A DNA stretch of 64,000 nucleotides, taken from NCBI RefSeq assembly GCF_006345805.1, contig NC_043003.1, positions 110,546,001 through 110,610,000 of the forward strand. The letters are read 5' to 3'. The DNA is from Octopus sinensis. Taxonomy: Eukaryota. A program made the position numbers and the translations under genes. The notes below the pieces were generated by a model that was not told where the DNA came from, did no database searches, and saw only the letters and a program-made list of their open reading frames with translations. Positions 14,297 to 26,892 of this stretch are shown in pieces. Within the stretch, counting starts at the first letter, position 1; every line of letters begins with the position of its first letter.

Positions 14297-14829
14297 CAAT
14301 AATAAATCTCAGAGCGAGTTATAAACTGTAGCTACAACACATCGTGACGTATATTTTCCATTTAAATATGGCTAACCCTTAAAGGTGGATGCTATTGTAG
14401 TTTGTAGCCCCAGGAGATCACCTCCTCCAGCTGGCTATAGACACACTTTCTGTGCCCTATCAATATTTGCAAAGGGAAGCCATCCTTCCCGTCTTCAACT
14501 TATGATACACACGGACTCGAGTTTCTGGGTATTGACCCGTCATCGGCGTGTGACAATCACAGTTGTCGATGACAAGTAGGTTCCCTTCAACACGGATTTT
14601 ATATGGATTTTATCACATTTCGAGTTAATTTGACATCAGAAAGATGTTAAGTGACCCACACCATTTCTCTTTTTCTCTTTTGAAAACAGAAGTATTCCAT
14701 GTAGGGTTCGAATTCACTCACTTTTCGTGAATATGGCAATGCTCATGAGCACATCTTTATGAATCGCATGATGTACGTACAGAATGTTGACTCACTGGGT
14801 ATAAAAGGCACCCAAAATTACCAGCCTGT

Positions 14830-15575
14830 CTTTTGTTTCCCGAGCACTGCAAGCAAGCCAAGATTGACACGAAATCAGAGGACGCGAGCCTTCTGAAGTC
14901 TCCATGCTGGTCAATGTACATCGGCCATTGCTAATAAGTTAAACTGCAGTATCCGAACACTTGAGCAGCTGCAGCAAAGATTCAATGTTGGACGGATGAT
15001 CGTCCACGCAGTGGGCGAATAGTGTTACAACAACACATCAAGATCGCCACCTGCAAGGACATCACTTACAGGGCCGATTCCGGAGGGCAAGAAATCAACT
15101 AGCAGATCATAGAGACTCACCACAAACCCATTTGTGCAGAGATCCTTTGCTGCTGAGTGAGGTCTTTCCATCTGCCTTGTCGATGTCCGGTTGGGGACCC
15201 CATCCTCACAGATCATCATCGAAAGGTAAGTCTGCAATTGGCTCAAAAACATCCGGACTGGCGTTTCACAGTTGAGGACTCTAGGTTTTCCTAACGAAAG
15301 TTACCATTACATTTCAGTAACAGATGGCAAAGCAGGAAATGGAGAAGAAGCTGGTCTTCTAAACAATTGGCCAAGACCCGGGCAATGGTTTAATGGCTAC
15401 TCATTACATACTTTGCCGTCATCGGAATCTAGCGTTCACACACAACAACGCCCGTGCCCATACTGCCAGATTGATAACAGACTTCCTCCAACAGTACAAC
15501 ATCCAGACACTGCCCATGGCCTGACCTAATTCCAGACTTGAACCCCATAGACCACTTGTGGGAAGAAATGATGTA
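14830..15575 (+). mobile_element. Tc1-type transposase relic
   Basis: HNNARAHTARLITDFLQQYNIQTL and, after a frameshift, PWPDLIPDLNPIDHLWEEM (WPxxSPDLNPIEHLW). An N-terminal LNCSIRTLEQLQQRF...TTTHQDRHL HTH-linker-like segment is also present. Confidence 0.85.
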
Positions 15576-15861
15576 AGGCAAAATCTACCTCGGCGGAATT
15601 TTAACCCAGAACGTAAAGACAGACGAAATACTGTTGTTTCTTATTTCTCTATTGAAACACAGAGGGGACAAACAAGGCCAGACAAAGGGATTAAGTCGAT
15701 TACATCGACCTCAGTGCGTAACTGATACTTAATTTATCGACCCCGAAATGATGAAATGTAAAGTCGACCTCGGCGGAATTGGAACTCAGAACGTAATGCC
15801 AGACGAAATGCGGCTACGTATTTCGCCCGGCGTGCTAACGTTTCTGCCAGCTCGCCGCCTT
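15575..15861 (-). mobile_element. tRNA-derived SINE with a Meta-domain-like core
   Basis: Reverse complement begins AAGGCGGCGAGCTGGCAGAAACGTTAGCACGCCGGG and contains ...TTTCGGGGTCGATAAATTAAGTA. A diverged plus-strand relative lies at 54838-54990 and a fragment at 43670-43720. Confidence 0.7.
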
Positions 15862-16029
15862 GACGATGTAAATATTCTTGAGTGACTTCATGTGCACGTT
15901 CCTTTTATGAGACCATCTGCGTGCAACTGCGTAAATAAGTATGCTTGGATATGCGAATAACAGAAATATAGATGCCCAAAAATGCTACTTAGTGTCATAC
16001 ATACATACATACATACTCACACAAACGCA

Positions 16030-16177
16030 CGTTTCTCTCCTTGTTTTTTCTGTGTCCCTTTCTGTAGAAGAGCGTAGGCTCGAAACGTAAATGACTTTTT
16101 CTATTCATTATACTAATACATCTGTTTGTTTGTACACCACCTGTCTTCGTCTTTTATTTTTTTCGTAAACTCTTTCT
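16030..16177 (+). mobile_element. Family-A hammerhead-bearing short repeat (motif 16058-16093)
   Basis: CTTT / CTGTAGA / A / GAGC-GTAG-GCTC / GAA / ACGT / A, then the shared tail ...TACTAATACATCTGTTTG...ACCTGTCTTCGTCTTTT...GTAAACTC and (TA)n. Confidence 0.75.
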
Positions 16178-16206
16178 ATATATATATATAATATATTATA
16201 TATAAT

Positions 16207-16276
<70 letters not shown>

Positions 16277-16886
16277 TATATATAATCATGACATTTATAT
16301 TATAATCAAGGACTTTAGAATATCATATATTTTACGTTTTTGATAATCATATATGAGATAACGTAACATTTTCTGTTTCCGAGTGAAAAAAATCAGACTG
16401 ATTTGTGATATATTAATGAAATTAAAGTCGATGCATACATGTAATTTACGCAAACACATCTTACTCAAATAGAAACTGCAAATATACAACAAGTAAAAAC
16501 AAAGATAGTCCTATAAATAGAATACTTCATTCATATATAAAACTTAATATGTATCACAATAAATTAAGCTGATTATGCTAAGAAAAAATAGTATAAAGCT
16601 AAATTCAAACTGTGGTGAAAGTAACTTACACGGTAACAATGAAACGCCTTAACGAATGTAAAAAAAGTAACCAAGTCCATAAGATACATTCATACCTAAT
16701 TTAATTTTTATATTTATCGACGATGCATTTTATGTTGCATAATCTCTGTTCTGTATGAAAGAGAAATTCTGGCTAAATATGTACCGAATGTCTCGTATGT
16801 ATTATAGAAAACTTTGTGTTTATGACACACCGTTAATATTATTATTATTATGAATATTATTATTATTATTACGTGTGTTGAAACAG

Positions 16887-17481
16887 ATATTGTTATATTT
16901 CGGAATGGTCATTTTGCCCGTTTAGCCAATAAAATCACACGCACTATATATTTGGTGTTATTGTGCTTCATTGTTATTTATTTTTTACATCAATCTTAAT
17001 CTTATTTCGGCCAGAGTTCTTTCATCACACTCCTGTGACCGCATTAGTGACGCTTTGTTTTCTTCTTTCTTATTTGTGTCTCTCCTTACCAACCGTCAGC
17101 CATTTTGTATTTCTATTGTATGTCTTCATTTGCGCATGCTTATATCTCTATGTGCGTCTATGTTTATTTAGTGTGTGTGTGTGGGGGGGGGTGCCTGTAA
17201 TATTTGTATCTTCTGTTTATATACGTTCAAGTAATTTGTTTTTGTTGTTGCTGTTTTTGTTTATTCTTATTTTGTTCATGTGTTTACATCCACTTATTAT
17301 TATTATCATTACATATGCTTGTATGTATGTATGTATGTATAACAACAATACTAGTAATAATAATAATAAATCGAAAAAAAATAATATAGTTATTTATTTC
17401 TATTTGTTTATTTATCTGTGTATATTGTGCGTGTGTTTTTATTGGCTAAACGGGCAAAATGACCATTCCGAAATATAACAA

Positions 17482-17484
<3 letters not shown>
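16887..17484. repeat. 64-bp inverted repeat pair (16887-16950 / 17421-17484) around a 470-bp spacer
   Basis: 62/64 identity by manual comparison. A further partial copy at about 41499-41540 abuts (TA)n. Confidence 0.9.
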
Positions 17485-17533
<49 letters not shown>

Positions 17534-17834
17534 TTCCTTCTTTCTTCAAATTTTCTTCCATTTCTCTCCCTGTGTTTTCCATACACCTAGGTCAGAGAAG
17601 CTCATTTTATGCATTCCCAGATTACCACACAAATTCACAGGTAAAATATGTATTTAAAGAATTAATAAATAAATGAATTCATGAATGGATGTTGTTTTCA
17701 CAGTGACTATGCTCTTCTCAGTATATGAACCGTTCCAGTTAATACGATTTTTTGAACTTGCTGTAGGCGTGGTGTCATTTTCAAATAGGCTTCAGTACAT
17801 ATTTTTTTATCATCCCTAGAGATCCTACAATCAC

Positions 17835-17853
17835 CGATACTGTATTATTATTA

Positions 17854-17918
<65 letters not shown>

Positions 17919-17955
17919 TATCAGTATTGCTATTATTATTACCATTATTATTATC

Positions 17956-17988
<33 letters not shown>

Positions 17989-18012
17989 CATTATTATTAT
18001 TATTATTATTAT

Positions 18013-18048
<36 letters not shown>

Positions 18049-18054
18049 CGGTGA

Positions 18055-18119
<65 letters not shown>

Positions 18120-18120
18120 T
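17835..18120. repeat. Compound (ATT)n(AGT)n microsatellite
   Basis: Directly visible. Confidence 0.95.
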
Positions 18121-18879
18121 GTTGTGGGTCTGTGTCTTGTGAGTGTTTGCGTGAATGTGGGCAAGTGGCGTGCGTGGAAGGGTGTGTGTGTATGCCTGTG
18201 TATGTGCTTGGGTATGATTTATGAAATTTGAGGAGCTTTATTATGAGCAGATTCCTTTTACCCGACGCAGAATAGTTTTGCTCGGCACTGCTATCACGAT
18301 AAAGATCATAGGTTGTCACATGATATATGGCAATTTTCTCGCCATCGTAGTGGATGAAGAATAGCGAAGTACATTAGTGTTATTAACAAAAACCGCACAA
18401 CCTTCAATTGAGAACATGCAATAGTTAATGGTGGACAGATTCCTGGTACGGCGTTGTGTAACGCATCCCAATTGCAACAACTTGAAAGAAATTTACTTCA
18501 TCTATTTTCTTTACAAGACATCCAGAGTTACAGCGTTAGAAGGCAAGTACGTTGATGTATGGTGTTTCCTCTTTACAAGGTACGATTCCAATTCCACCAG
18601 TTGTGTTTATTATTATAATTTTCGATTGGCTTACAGCACAAAACCAGCGATACATGATAAACTCTATTAGGAAGATGTAGAAATGCTGACGTTGGATTAA
18701 AGGACTTTACGCTTGCGCACAAAGTGAGTAAGCAGTATACTATTATGTGATAATATCAGGCCCTTGACGCAGAATTTGATCACAGTACATGCAGTCCAAT
18801 ATATCTACCTAAGGACAAATGTATATTTATACATACACACATACATATGTAAACATACACATATACATACATACACAGG

Positions 18880-18925
<46 letters not shown>

Positions 18926-19145
18926 TATATATATATATATATATTATATATATTATATATATATATACATAATAAATATTAGGGAATAATACAAATTTAC
19001 AGGGAAAAAATCAGATTTAGGATTAAATCCAATTTTATAGTAAAATATTATAAAATATTATTAGAGACAAAACCACTATTTTGCAAAACAAACAAGGAAA
19101 GACTTAATCAATACATAAAATTTTAATAAATAGTCAAAAAAACCG

Positions 19146-19188
19146 CCACTACAATTGTTTCTTGTCTTGATCGACAATCTTCAGGTGG
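19146..19188 (-). ncRNA. Minimal type-I hammerhead motif with intact core (family B)
   Basis: CCAC / CTGAAGA / TTGTC-GATCAA-GACAA / GAA / ACAATTGT (perfect palindrome) / A / GTGG. All core nucleotides are canonical; the base of stem II is U-A rather than G-C. Confidence 0.8.
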
Positions 19189-19269
19189 ACTTCCAATAAG
19201 TCAGTTTCAAATTTGAAACTGACTTACTGGAAGTCCAATCATCAGGCCTCTAAATAACTTATTGGAAGT

Positions 19270-19312
19270 CCACCTGAAGATTGTCGATCAAGACAAGAAA
19301 AAATTGTAGTGG
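19270..19312 (+). ncRNA. Mirror copy of the family-B hammerhead with one stem III substitution
   Basis: Identical to 19146-19188 except ACAATTGT -> AAAATTGT at 19301. Confidence 0.75.
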
Positions 19313-19987
19313 CGGTTTTTTTGACTATTTATTAAAATTTTATGTATTGATTAAGTCTTTCCTTGTTTGTTTTGCAAAATAGTGGTTTTGTCTCTAATAA
19401 TATTTTATATATATATATACATATATATGTATGTGCATGTGTGTGTATGTAAATATATAACTATACACACACATATATATATATATATACATATATATAT
19501 ACATGCATATATACATGCACATACATATATTCATAAGATATAAGCGTCAGGAGGTATGAGAATGTATATATTTTAACCATAAGACACCTCTAGGATAATA
19601 GAAAGTTTGCCAATCTTTTCGTGTAGTATTAATTTCTGTGTAGAAGAAATTATGCTTACATGCTTGCATTAATATGCATTCTCAGCACGATGCAATATAA
19701 TTGTATTCATAAATCAATTCAAATAAAAAAAACGGTAGCTCATCGGATCACCAGAACTTCATTGTTACACCAACTATTCAACACTAAATAAACCTGAGTC
19801 TACATGACATTTAAAGCAAGTAATTGCATTTGAATCAGATTACATAACTTCCAATATATGTTGACTTGTATACCAGGCAACGGTTGAGAATAATAACTTG
19901 CAATAATATTTCTAATAATGTTTTGAATTAAAATACTCCATGTGTGAGTAAGTCACCTGCAACCAGTACACATGTAATGATGCTTGA

Positions 19988-20045
<58 letters not shown>

Positions 20046-20276
20046 TTTATTTAGAGATAGTAGTCTAGTAGTCCCCTTCATCCCACCATATAAAAGAATT
20101 TTAATTCAATTAATACTTACTACTCATTTCCCAGCTACACGTGTTTCTTGAGGTTCTTTTACGGTTCCTTAAGCAAGCAGTGTTTTACAGGAACCTCTCT
20201 TAAAATGTAACCCCAATCATCAGGCCTCTAAATAACTTTATCATAGTTCAATACCAAATACGATATTTTAATTTTA

Positions 20277-20319
<43 letters not shown>

Positions 20320-21921
20320 GGAGACGTAAGGAAAATAATTCAACAACTCTATTATATCTAATATTGTCCGTATCTAACCATGCACTAGCAACAAAAGTGA
20401 ATGCATTTTTATTTAGTTTGATGATTATTCTCATTAAAAACTACACATTTTCATATTCAAATGAGTGTATATATATATCTTTCCAATTTACACAGAGAGA
20501 CATACAATATAATTGCTATGGATTTTGCATATAATTGTCTCTAGTTAGTTGTGACAGATATTGTAAAGGCATATATAAGACTATATATTTTCTACATGTT
20601 CACATGAAATGTGTGGCACTAACCAAATTAAGAGTTCATTAGTAATCAACAAAAATCAGTAACAAAAATGAAGAGAACCATGCAATACGTTCTGAAAGAA
20701 GATTCCTGACCCCTTATCTTTTGTAGTAAAACCCAGTGCTGTCGTCTTTGATACCCAGATTTTTGGGCTTCTTAAATAATGTCAGGTACAAAAGGATTTT
20801 CAATTAATAGATTACAAAAAAAGATCTGCCAAATTCAGACCGTGCAATAAAATTGATGTATATCCGAGTAAATTGCTGACAAACATGTCTTTGCTGCTGG
20901 CGTCTAACTATGAATGTCAATATATTTGATCAAAATGTTAAATATAACAGCCTAATCTCTCACAAATCACGCTCTATGGCATTTGCAAAGGAAAATATAT
21001 TTGATACTGAGATCTTAACGGATTTAACAAAAATGATATTATCACAGATTGAAGGTTTTAATCAGAGGTCAGCTCAAACAACACCCCATTGCAACTAGGA
21101 GAGGAACCGATATCAAAATATTAAGTTATAGGGCATACATCTAGTATTCAATTTCAGCTTTTTGTCAAGTTGCTGTATTTCACTTTATTTAGCTATATAC
21201 ACTCTCTTTAACCTGTTTTCTATTAAGGCTCCTGATGTTAATCCCATTCCTTTCCTGCTTCGTTATATAACACGAGATTCATGATCAAAAGTATCAGTCT
21301 CTTAACTATCCCTTCATTGTGCATATCAAGAATAATAATTCCCAAATACTTCATCTCCTTGAAGATAAGGAAATGTGGTTTGATGGAATTTCCTTGCTGT
21401 TTCTAAAATGTTCTGCTACACAGTAGATATTCATTCGATAATTTTATTTTGTTTGAAGCGGTGTGATAATTATTTCAGTGTTCTTTTTAATGGAATATTC
21501 TATCTCGTGATATTTGATAAAACATAGATACATCTGTATCCTTTCTTATTATTGGTGCTTGAAAAAATACTGCAGTTTACGTACTTCGTTTCATACATTT
21601 ACATGTATGCGTGCAGCATATTAATGACCATATTGGAAATTTCAGATCTACAAATAAATTGCACTAATGTTACTGCTTAGATAAAATATTTTGCTTAAAT
21701 ATACTGTTAAATTACAATTTTGCTTGATATTAAGTATGCTAGAAAATATCTTGGACCTTACTAAATCTCACGTAAGATGTTAGTCTGTAACAAATCAAGG
21801 TAATAAGGCAGCTCCATAACGATTCGTTCACATTATACAACCAGGCGTAACACCATACGTAAATATACTCACTCTCTTTCTGTCCATATGTCTCTGTCTC
21901 TGTCTCCCATATATAAATATA

Positions 21922-21979
<58 letters not shown>

Positions 21980-21982
<3 letters not shown>

Positions 21983-22124
21983 GTAACAGAAAAGAGGAAC
22001 TTCGATTATCCCCACGTGGTGAGTTGTAATGTATATAAGCAATTTAAAAACGAAAATACGCACACTTACATGGTTTTAATTAATTTTAGTATATCGACCG
22101 GTTTCGCTATCGCTATTATGATAT
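21980..22124 (-). mobile_element. Family-C hammerhead-bearing repeat, copy 2 (motif 22091-22124)
   Basis: ATATC / ATAATA (core damaged) / GC-GATA-GC / GAA / ACCGGT / C / GATAT. The tail matches 345-482 (GATAATCGAARTTC...TTACT then (TA)n). Confidence 0.6.
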
Positions 22125-23453
22125 TGTGTTTTACTTATTTGAATATATATTTTTTCTTTAGAAGAAATTTTGCCCATGTGTGTGTGTGATGAAATTCACA
22201 TATATACATATTATATATATATATAATATATATGTGTGTGTGTGTGGTGTGTGTGTGTGTGTGTGTCTGTGTGTGTGTAAATATATATTTATACATATAT
22301 ATATATATATGTATGTTTATGTGTGTATGTCTGTGTTTGTGTGTGTGTGTCGTGTGTGTGTGTGTGTGTGTGTGTGTGGTTCACCGGATCACATTCTAAG
22401 CATTTTACTCAAATACATACTAAACATAATGCAGCAATGTGCACAGAAAATATTGAATATATCCAATAAGCGGATTAGATAATTAGACCTTCGGCATTAG
22501 TCCAGATAATAGATATATACCACTAACTTCAGCAATTCAGAAATGTACGTGTGATAGATTGTTTGAAAGCGTGCGTGTGTATTTATGTTCATGCTCCAAT
22601 ATGTATGTCATGCCAGAGATATTACATAAAATCATTATATAATTATTCCTGTTATACTAAAGGCCTTGTGAACATTTGCCCTATGAGCATTATATTTGAT
22701 GCACATTAACGAAATCTCATAAACGGAATAAAGTTTTATTAATAGTTAATAGTTAAGAATTGCTTCGTGCAAAAAAGTATTAGTTTAATATGACGCTATA
22801 TTCAACATCGTCTATAGAGTGACCTAAATTTTGGATAGAAGGGAAATATCAGTAGTATTCTTGTAGTATGGGCTCCTCACTCTGTAGGTACTATCCCCCA
22901 TGACTTCTATTATTAAGATATATTAAATGTGTACTCAATGAAAATCTCAGACATGAATCATATGATAGAAAGCAATATGAATGAATGCGCTCTAATTGCT
23001 CAAACTGACGAAATATAAAGTTGCTGCAACGGATTCAAGTGAATCTTGTAAAGCAATAATGGAATCCATGTTGAAACTTTTATTAATGTTTTTGAATAAA
23101 ATTATTTGAAATACATGTTTTCGATTATATATCCAGCTTTAGGCACCTGTACATTAGACATTATTAAATATTTAACTGTTATTTACAATGACCAGTTAGT
23201 TAATGGAATTTGAATTGCTGATAGATACAATGGAAAGAAGAAATAAAGTTGAGTATCTATATGCACATCCAATAATCATAATTCTGTTTATTTTGTTTGT
23301 TTATTTTCTCCATATATAGAGATAAATAAGCACGAAGAGGAGAGCGTCAGAAAGAAGAATAGAGAAACATATATAATCACATATCCGGGGCGGGTTAGTG
23401 AAGGAGGATACAATGCTCTGCGTGCAATTGAAAAGAAATGTTCATGAACTTAC

Positions 23454-23678
23454 CTTTGGAACAAAGAGAAGGCACAATGTGATGGTTGTACAAAATATGA
23501 TGAAAAGACCTATAATGATAAAAGCTGACGTGGGCTTGTCTTTGATGATAATAGAAACGGCAGCTCCACATGTACACATTATCACCACATTGTAGACACT
23601 CATGCCGATATATTTAGAATCATTTAAGGCGGGGATGCTCACATGGCGTGTTTCCCAAGCTAAGAAACAACCAATTAC
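23454..23678 (-). CDS. GABBR2: GABA-B receptor subunit 2, internal coding exon (TM5 end-TM7): [75 protein letters not shown]
   Basis: TTTTTTAG acceptor (AG 23680-23679), 225 nt = 75 codons, GTAAGT donor at 23453. [24 protein letters not shown] is the GABA-B2 signature; GABA-B1 has [24 protein letters not shown] at this position. Confidence 0.96.
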
Positions 23679-24353
23679 CTAAAAAATACAAAATATATAA
23701 ATCCAAATAGATATGAATTGGATATTTATTTCACGCATATTCAGTTCAAGTGTGTTACCTAATTCACCAAATAAGTGATACGCTAAAAAATGTATGATAA
23801 GAAGGAAATAGCTCAATCTACTATCATATACTGGTGTATTGAAATTAGTGTCCCATCTTCGTTGTTATACGTCTATCTATGTCACTTTTCAACAAATAAA
23901 AGTATCTTGTACTTATAAGTATCGTAACCATATACGAACAAATAAACTAATTATTCTTAAGTTACTGTGAGACCATTTCCATTGCTGACACGTTTCCATC
24001 CAAAGAATGAATGGTAGGGACTTAGCTTTCCTGCCACATGGCCCCGATTCAGTTTCAATGCGTGAGGCCTTGGGTAAGTGTCATCTGCCATAACCCTGGC
24101 ATGAAGAAAATCATGTGAATGGATTTGTTAGACGAAAACTGAAATACACATAATTATCAATAAAAGATATAAACTTACGTTTATTTTCGCAGCAACACGC
24201 ATTACAACTATGTATTTTAACTGAAGTATCCACATGTATGGACACATATGAAGCATTCAGTGTCCGTAGTTGACAAAGCGTATATATTTATATATATATA
24301 TATATTTAATATATATATATATTATATATAATCTTAATTATATATAGATTTAT

Positions 24354-24413
<60 letters not shown>

Positions 24414-24446
24414 TATATATATATCTATATATTTATATATATATAT

Positions 24447-24575
24447 GGTTGTCGTCGACTTACGACGATTGGTGTGCCAGTTCCCGGTAGCAATAATAAT
24501 AGTCCAGTTGAAATCTAACGGGTTTTACTTCTTAGAAATTGACCCATCTACGGATGATGCCAGGTAGCAAACGCT
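24447..24575. mobile_element. Truncated copy of the Tigger/pogo-like MITE end, inverted relative to 25436-25579
   Basis: GGTTGTCGTCGACTTACGACGATTGGTGTGCCAGTTCCCGG... is the reverse complement of the right end of the 25165-25579 element. Confidence 0.75.
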
Positions 24576-24619
24576 TCTCCTAGGTTTGATTATCGATCGC
24601 CACTGTGTTAGATGTCTAT

Positions 24620-25153
24620 CCTGTCTCTCCTTTTTTCTCTCCTTTTTTCTCTCCTTGTTTCTCTCCTTATTTTTTCTGTCTCTATCTGTAGAAGATCGTA
24701 GGCTCGAACGTAAACAAACTTTTTATATTCCTGAGCGTTATACTAATATATCTGTTTGTTTCGTACACCACCTGTCTTCGTCTTTTGTTTTTTTCGTAAA
24801 CTCTCCCTATATATATAATATATATATATATATACTCGCCCACACATACATTCACACATACACAGTCCAACACCTTGTTCTTACATACAATCACATGCTT
24901 GCGCATCCTAATTCAACCGGGTCAACGTTATTACCTCCACTCCAATTAACGTCATTCTTGCGGTCATTTCATCTTATTAAATAATTAATCCCTGCTCATT
25001 CTTTTCTCCCTCCATGTTTTTCACCTCAGCTCTTTCTGTCGAAGAGCGTAGGATCGAAACTTCAAAGACTCGTTCTTCCCGAGCATCAAGCTAGTACACC
25101 TGCTAGTTGTTCCCTCACCAGTCATCAGCTTTTATTTTTTGTAAATTTGGACT
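24620..25153 (+). mobile_element. Two tandem family-A hammerhead-bearing repeats (motifs about 24681-24716 and 25031-25068)
   Basis: CTGTAGA-A-GATC-GTAG-GCTC-GAA-CGT and TCTTT-CTGTCGA-A-GAGC-GTAG-GATC-GAA-ACTT-C-AAAGA. Each has the shared tail and a (TA)n end. Confidence 0.7.
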
Positions 25154-25164
25154 ACATATATATA

Positions 25165-25579
25165 CAGGTTGTGGTTGGCTTACGACCACAATTGGTTGCG
25201 ACCGACTGGTCGTAAGTCGGCCTTTAGGCCTACATAGTTTTGTTTTATACTTTTACATTGTTACGATCCATTACCAGGTAAAAGTCACGCACAGCATTCT
25301 ATATTATACTAGCGTTAGTAAAAAGTTTCGGAGTCTCAAGCAGTCGTCCAATAAATAAATACGTGGTTGTCTCGATGCCTCCACGACAAATTAGTCGTGT
25401 AACGTATTAGCAATCGATAACCAAAACTCGGGGTGCGTTTGCAACCTGACATCATCTGTAGACGGGTTAATTTCTAAGAAGTTAAGTCCATTAGACTTCC
25501 ACTGGACTGTTATTATTGCTGCCGGGAACTGGCACACCAATCGTCGTAAATCGATCGGTCGTAAGTCGACGATAACCTG
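25165..25579. mobile_element. Non-autonomous Tc1/mariner-superfamily (Tigger/pogo-like) MITE, 415 bp
   Basis: Imperfect TIRs CAGGTTRTSGTYGRCTTACGACC at both ends, TA target on both sides, no ORF. Confidence 0.8.
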
Positions 25580-26424
25580 TATATATATATATACATACAT
25601 ACACACATATATAGAGATAGATAGATGGATAGATATAAACACCTCCATTCTCGATATATATAAGTCTATTCACATGATTTAACTTATATAAAAGAATCAT
25701 ATATTTACATATAACATTCAAGTGTGTACAGAATTTATAAAATTCAGCCAAATGTCGCATGAGAACTGATTGCCTAAAATATTTTCGCATTATCTATACA
25801 GTATTCTGCCAAATATATATTAGTTTTTCAGTACCAGTAACGGATGAACTGTCAGTTGTAGAATGATATAATTGTTTAATTCAAGCAGGAAGAACCTTTA
25901 GCAAGCTGGGCAAAATGTTGACGGTATTTTGTCAGTCTTCATGTTCTGAATTCAAATATTTCCGTGTTCGAGTCAGCCTTTCATACATTTGGGATCGATA
26001 AAATTTGTACCAGTTGAACACTGGGGTTGATGTATGGACTTAGTCTCTCCTCCAAATCTACTGCTTTGAGGTCAAATATGAAACCGTTTATGTACAATTA
26101 TATATATATATATATACATACATACAATTATGTTTGTAACACAATAAATTTCTCTGCTGGTTGTCAATAAATCATGCAAAAGAAACGATCAATACCATAC
26201 TTTCTGAATGATTGGCAAGTAGCTGAATAAGATAGCTTATTCAGCTACTTCGTTTCTCTTATCTGAAATATCATGAAATTCCACATAATCTTGATCTGTA
26301 TGCTCTTTTAGACAGATGGCAGATTTGCCACCACCGTTCATCCCACCAACATATGAAGAGATTTAATTTTCGTTTATAAATCCATGAACCACATGAAAGA
26401 AAATATTTTGAATTATATACTTAC

Positions 26425-26526
26425 CAGAAGTAAACCTTTATAGGCATATATAAGACCCATCCATATTGTCATATAATCACTGGCGCATGACTCTACAACA
26501 GGGACAATTTCACTGTCTCCTTTTAA
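26425..26526 (-). CDS. GABBR2: GABA-B receptor subunit 2, internal coding exon (ECL2-TM5): LKGDSEIVPVVESCASDYMTIWMGLIYAYKGLLL
   Basis: Not in the ORF track; found by reading the minus strand. CTTTCTGTTCCAG acceptor (AG 26528-26527), 102 nt = 34 codons, GTAAGT donor at 26424. Contains the ECL2 Cys and the MTIWxGxxYAYKGLL motif of GABA-B2, and joins both neighbouring exons in frame (phase 0). Confidence 0.93.
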
Positions 26527-26618
26527 CTGGAACAGAAAGGTAATGAGACAAGTAATTAATATAGTATTTTTTTTAAATACTTAAGTTAACGAACAATTTC
26601 ATTTTCATAAAATATATT

Positions 26619-26854
26619 AGGCGTAGGAGTGACTTAGTGGTAAGTAGCTTGCTTAAGAACCACATGGTTCCGGGTTCAGTCCCGTGCGTGGCACCTTGGG
26701 TCGGTGTCTTCTAATATAGCCTCAGGCCGACCAAAGCCTAGTAAGTGGGGTCGGTAGACGGAAACTGAAAGAGCCCGTCCTATATAGGTATATATATATA
26801 TTGTTATATATATCTATATATATATATAATATATATATCATATATATATATATC

Positions 26855-26892
<38 letters not shown>

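Larger units (their letters stand above)
19049..19409. mobile_element. Fold-back (inverted) pair of Penelope-type terminal repeats, family B
   Basis: Arm 19049-19211 versus 19212-19409: zero spacer at the centre (TTTCAAA|TTTGAAA), one substitution in 163 bp, plus a 35-nt insertion in the right arm. (TA)n lies on both sides. Confidence 0.85.

Noticed and set aside
14380-14460. CCTCCTCCAGCTGG resembling an HDV-like ribozyme L3/P3
   Set aside because: I could not assemble the nested double-pseudoknot order (the P1 3' strand precedes rather than follows P3).
18339-18371. Minus-strand YFAILHPLRWR resembling a class A GPCR TM3/ICL2 motif
   Set aside because: No preceding DRY/ERY or hydrophobic TM3, the frame closes within about 10 codons, and there are no splice signals. 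Treated as chance.
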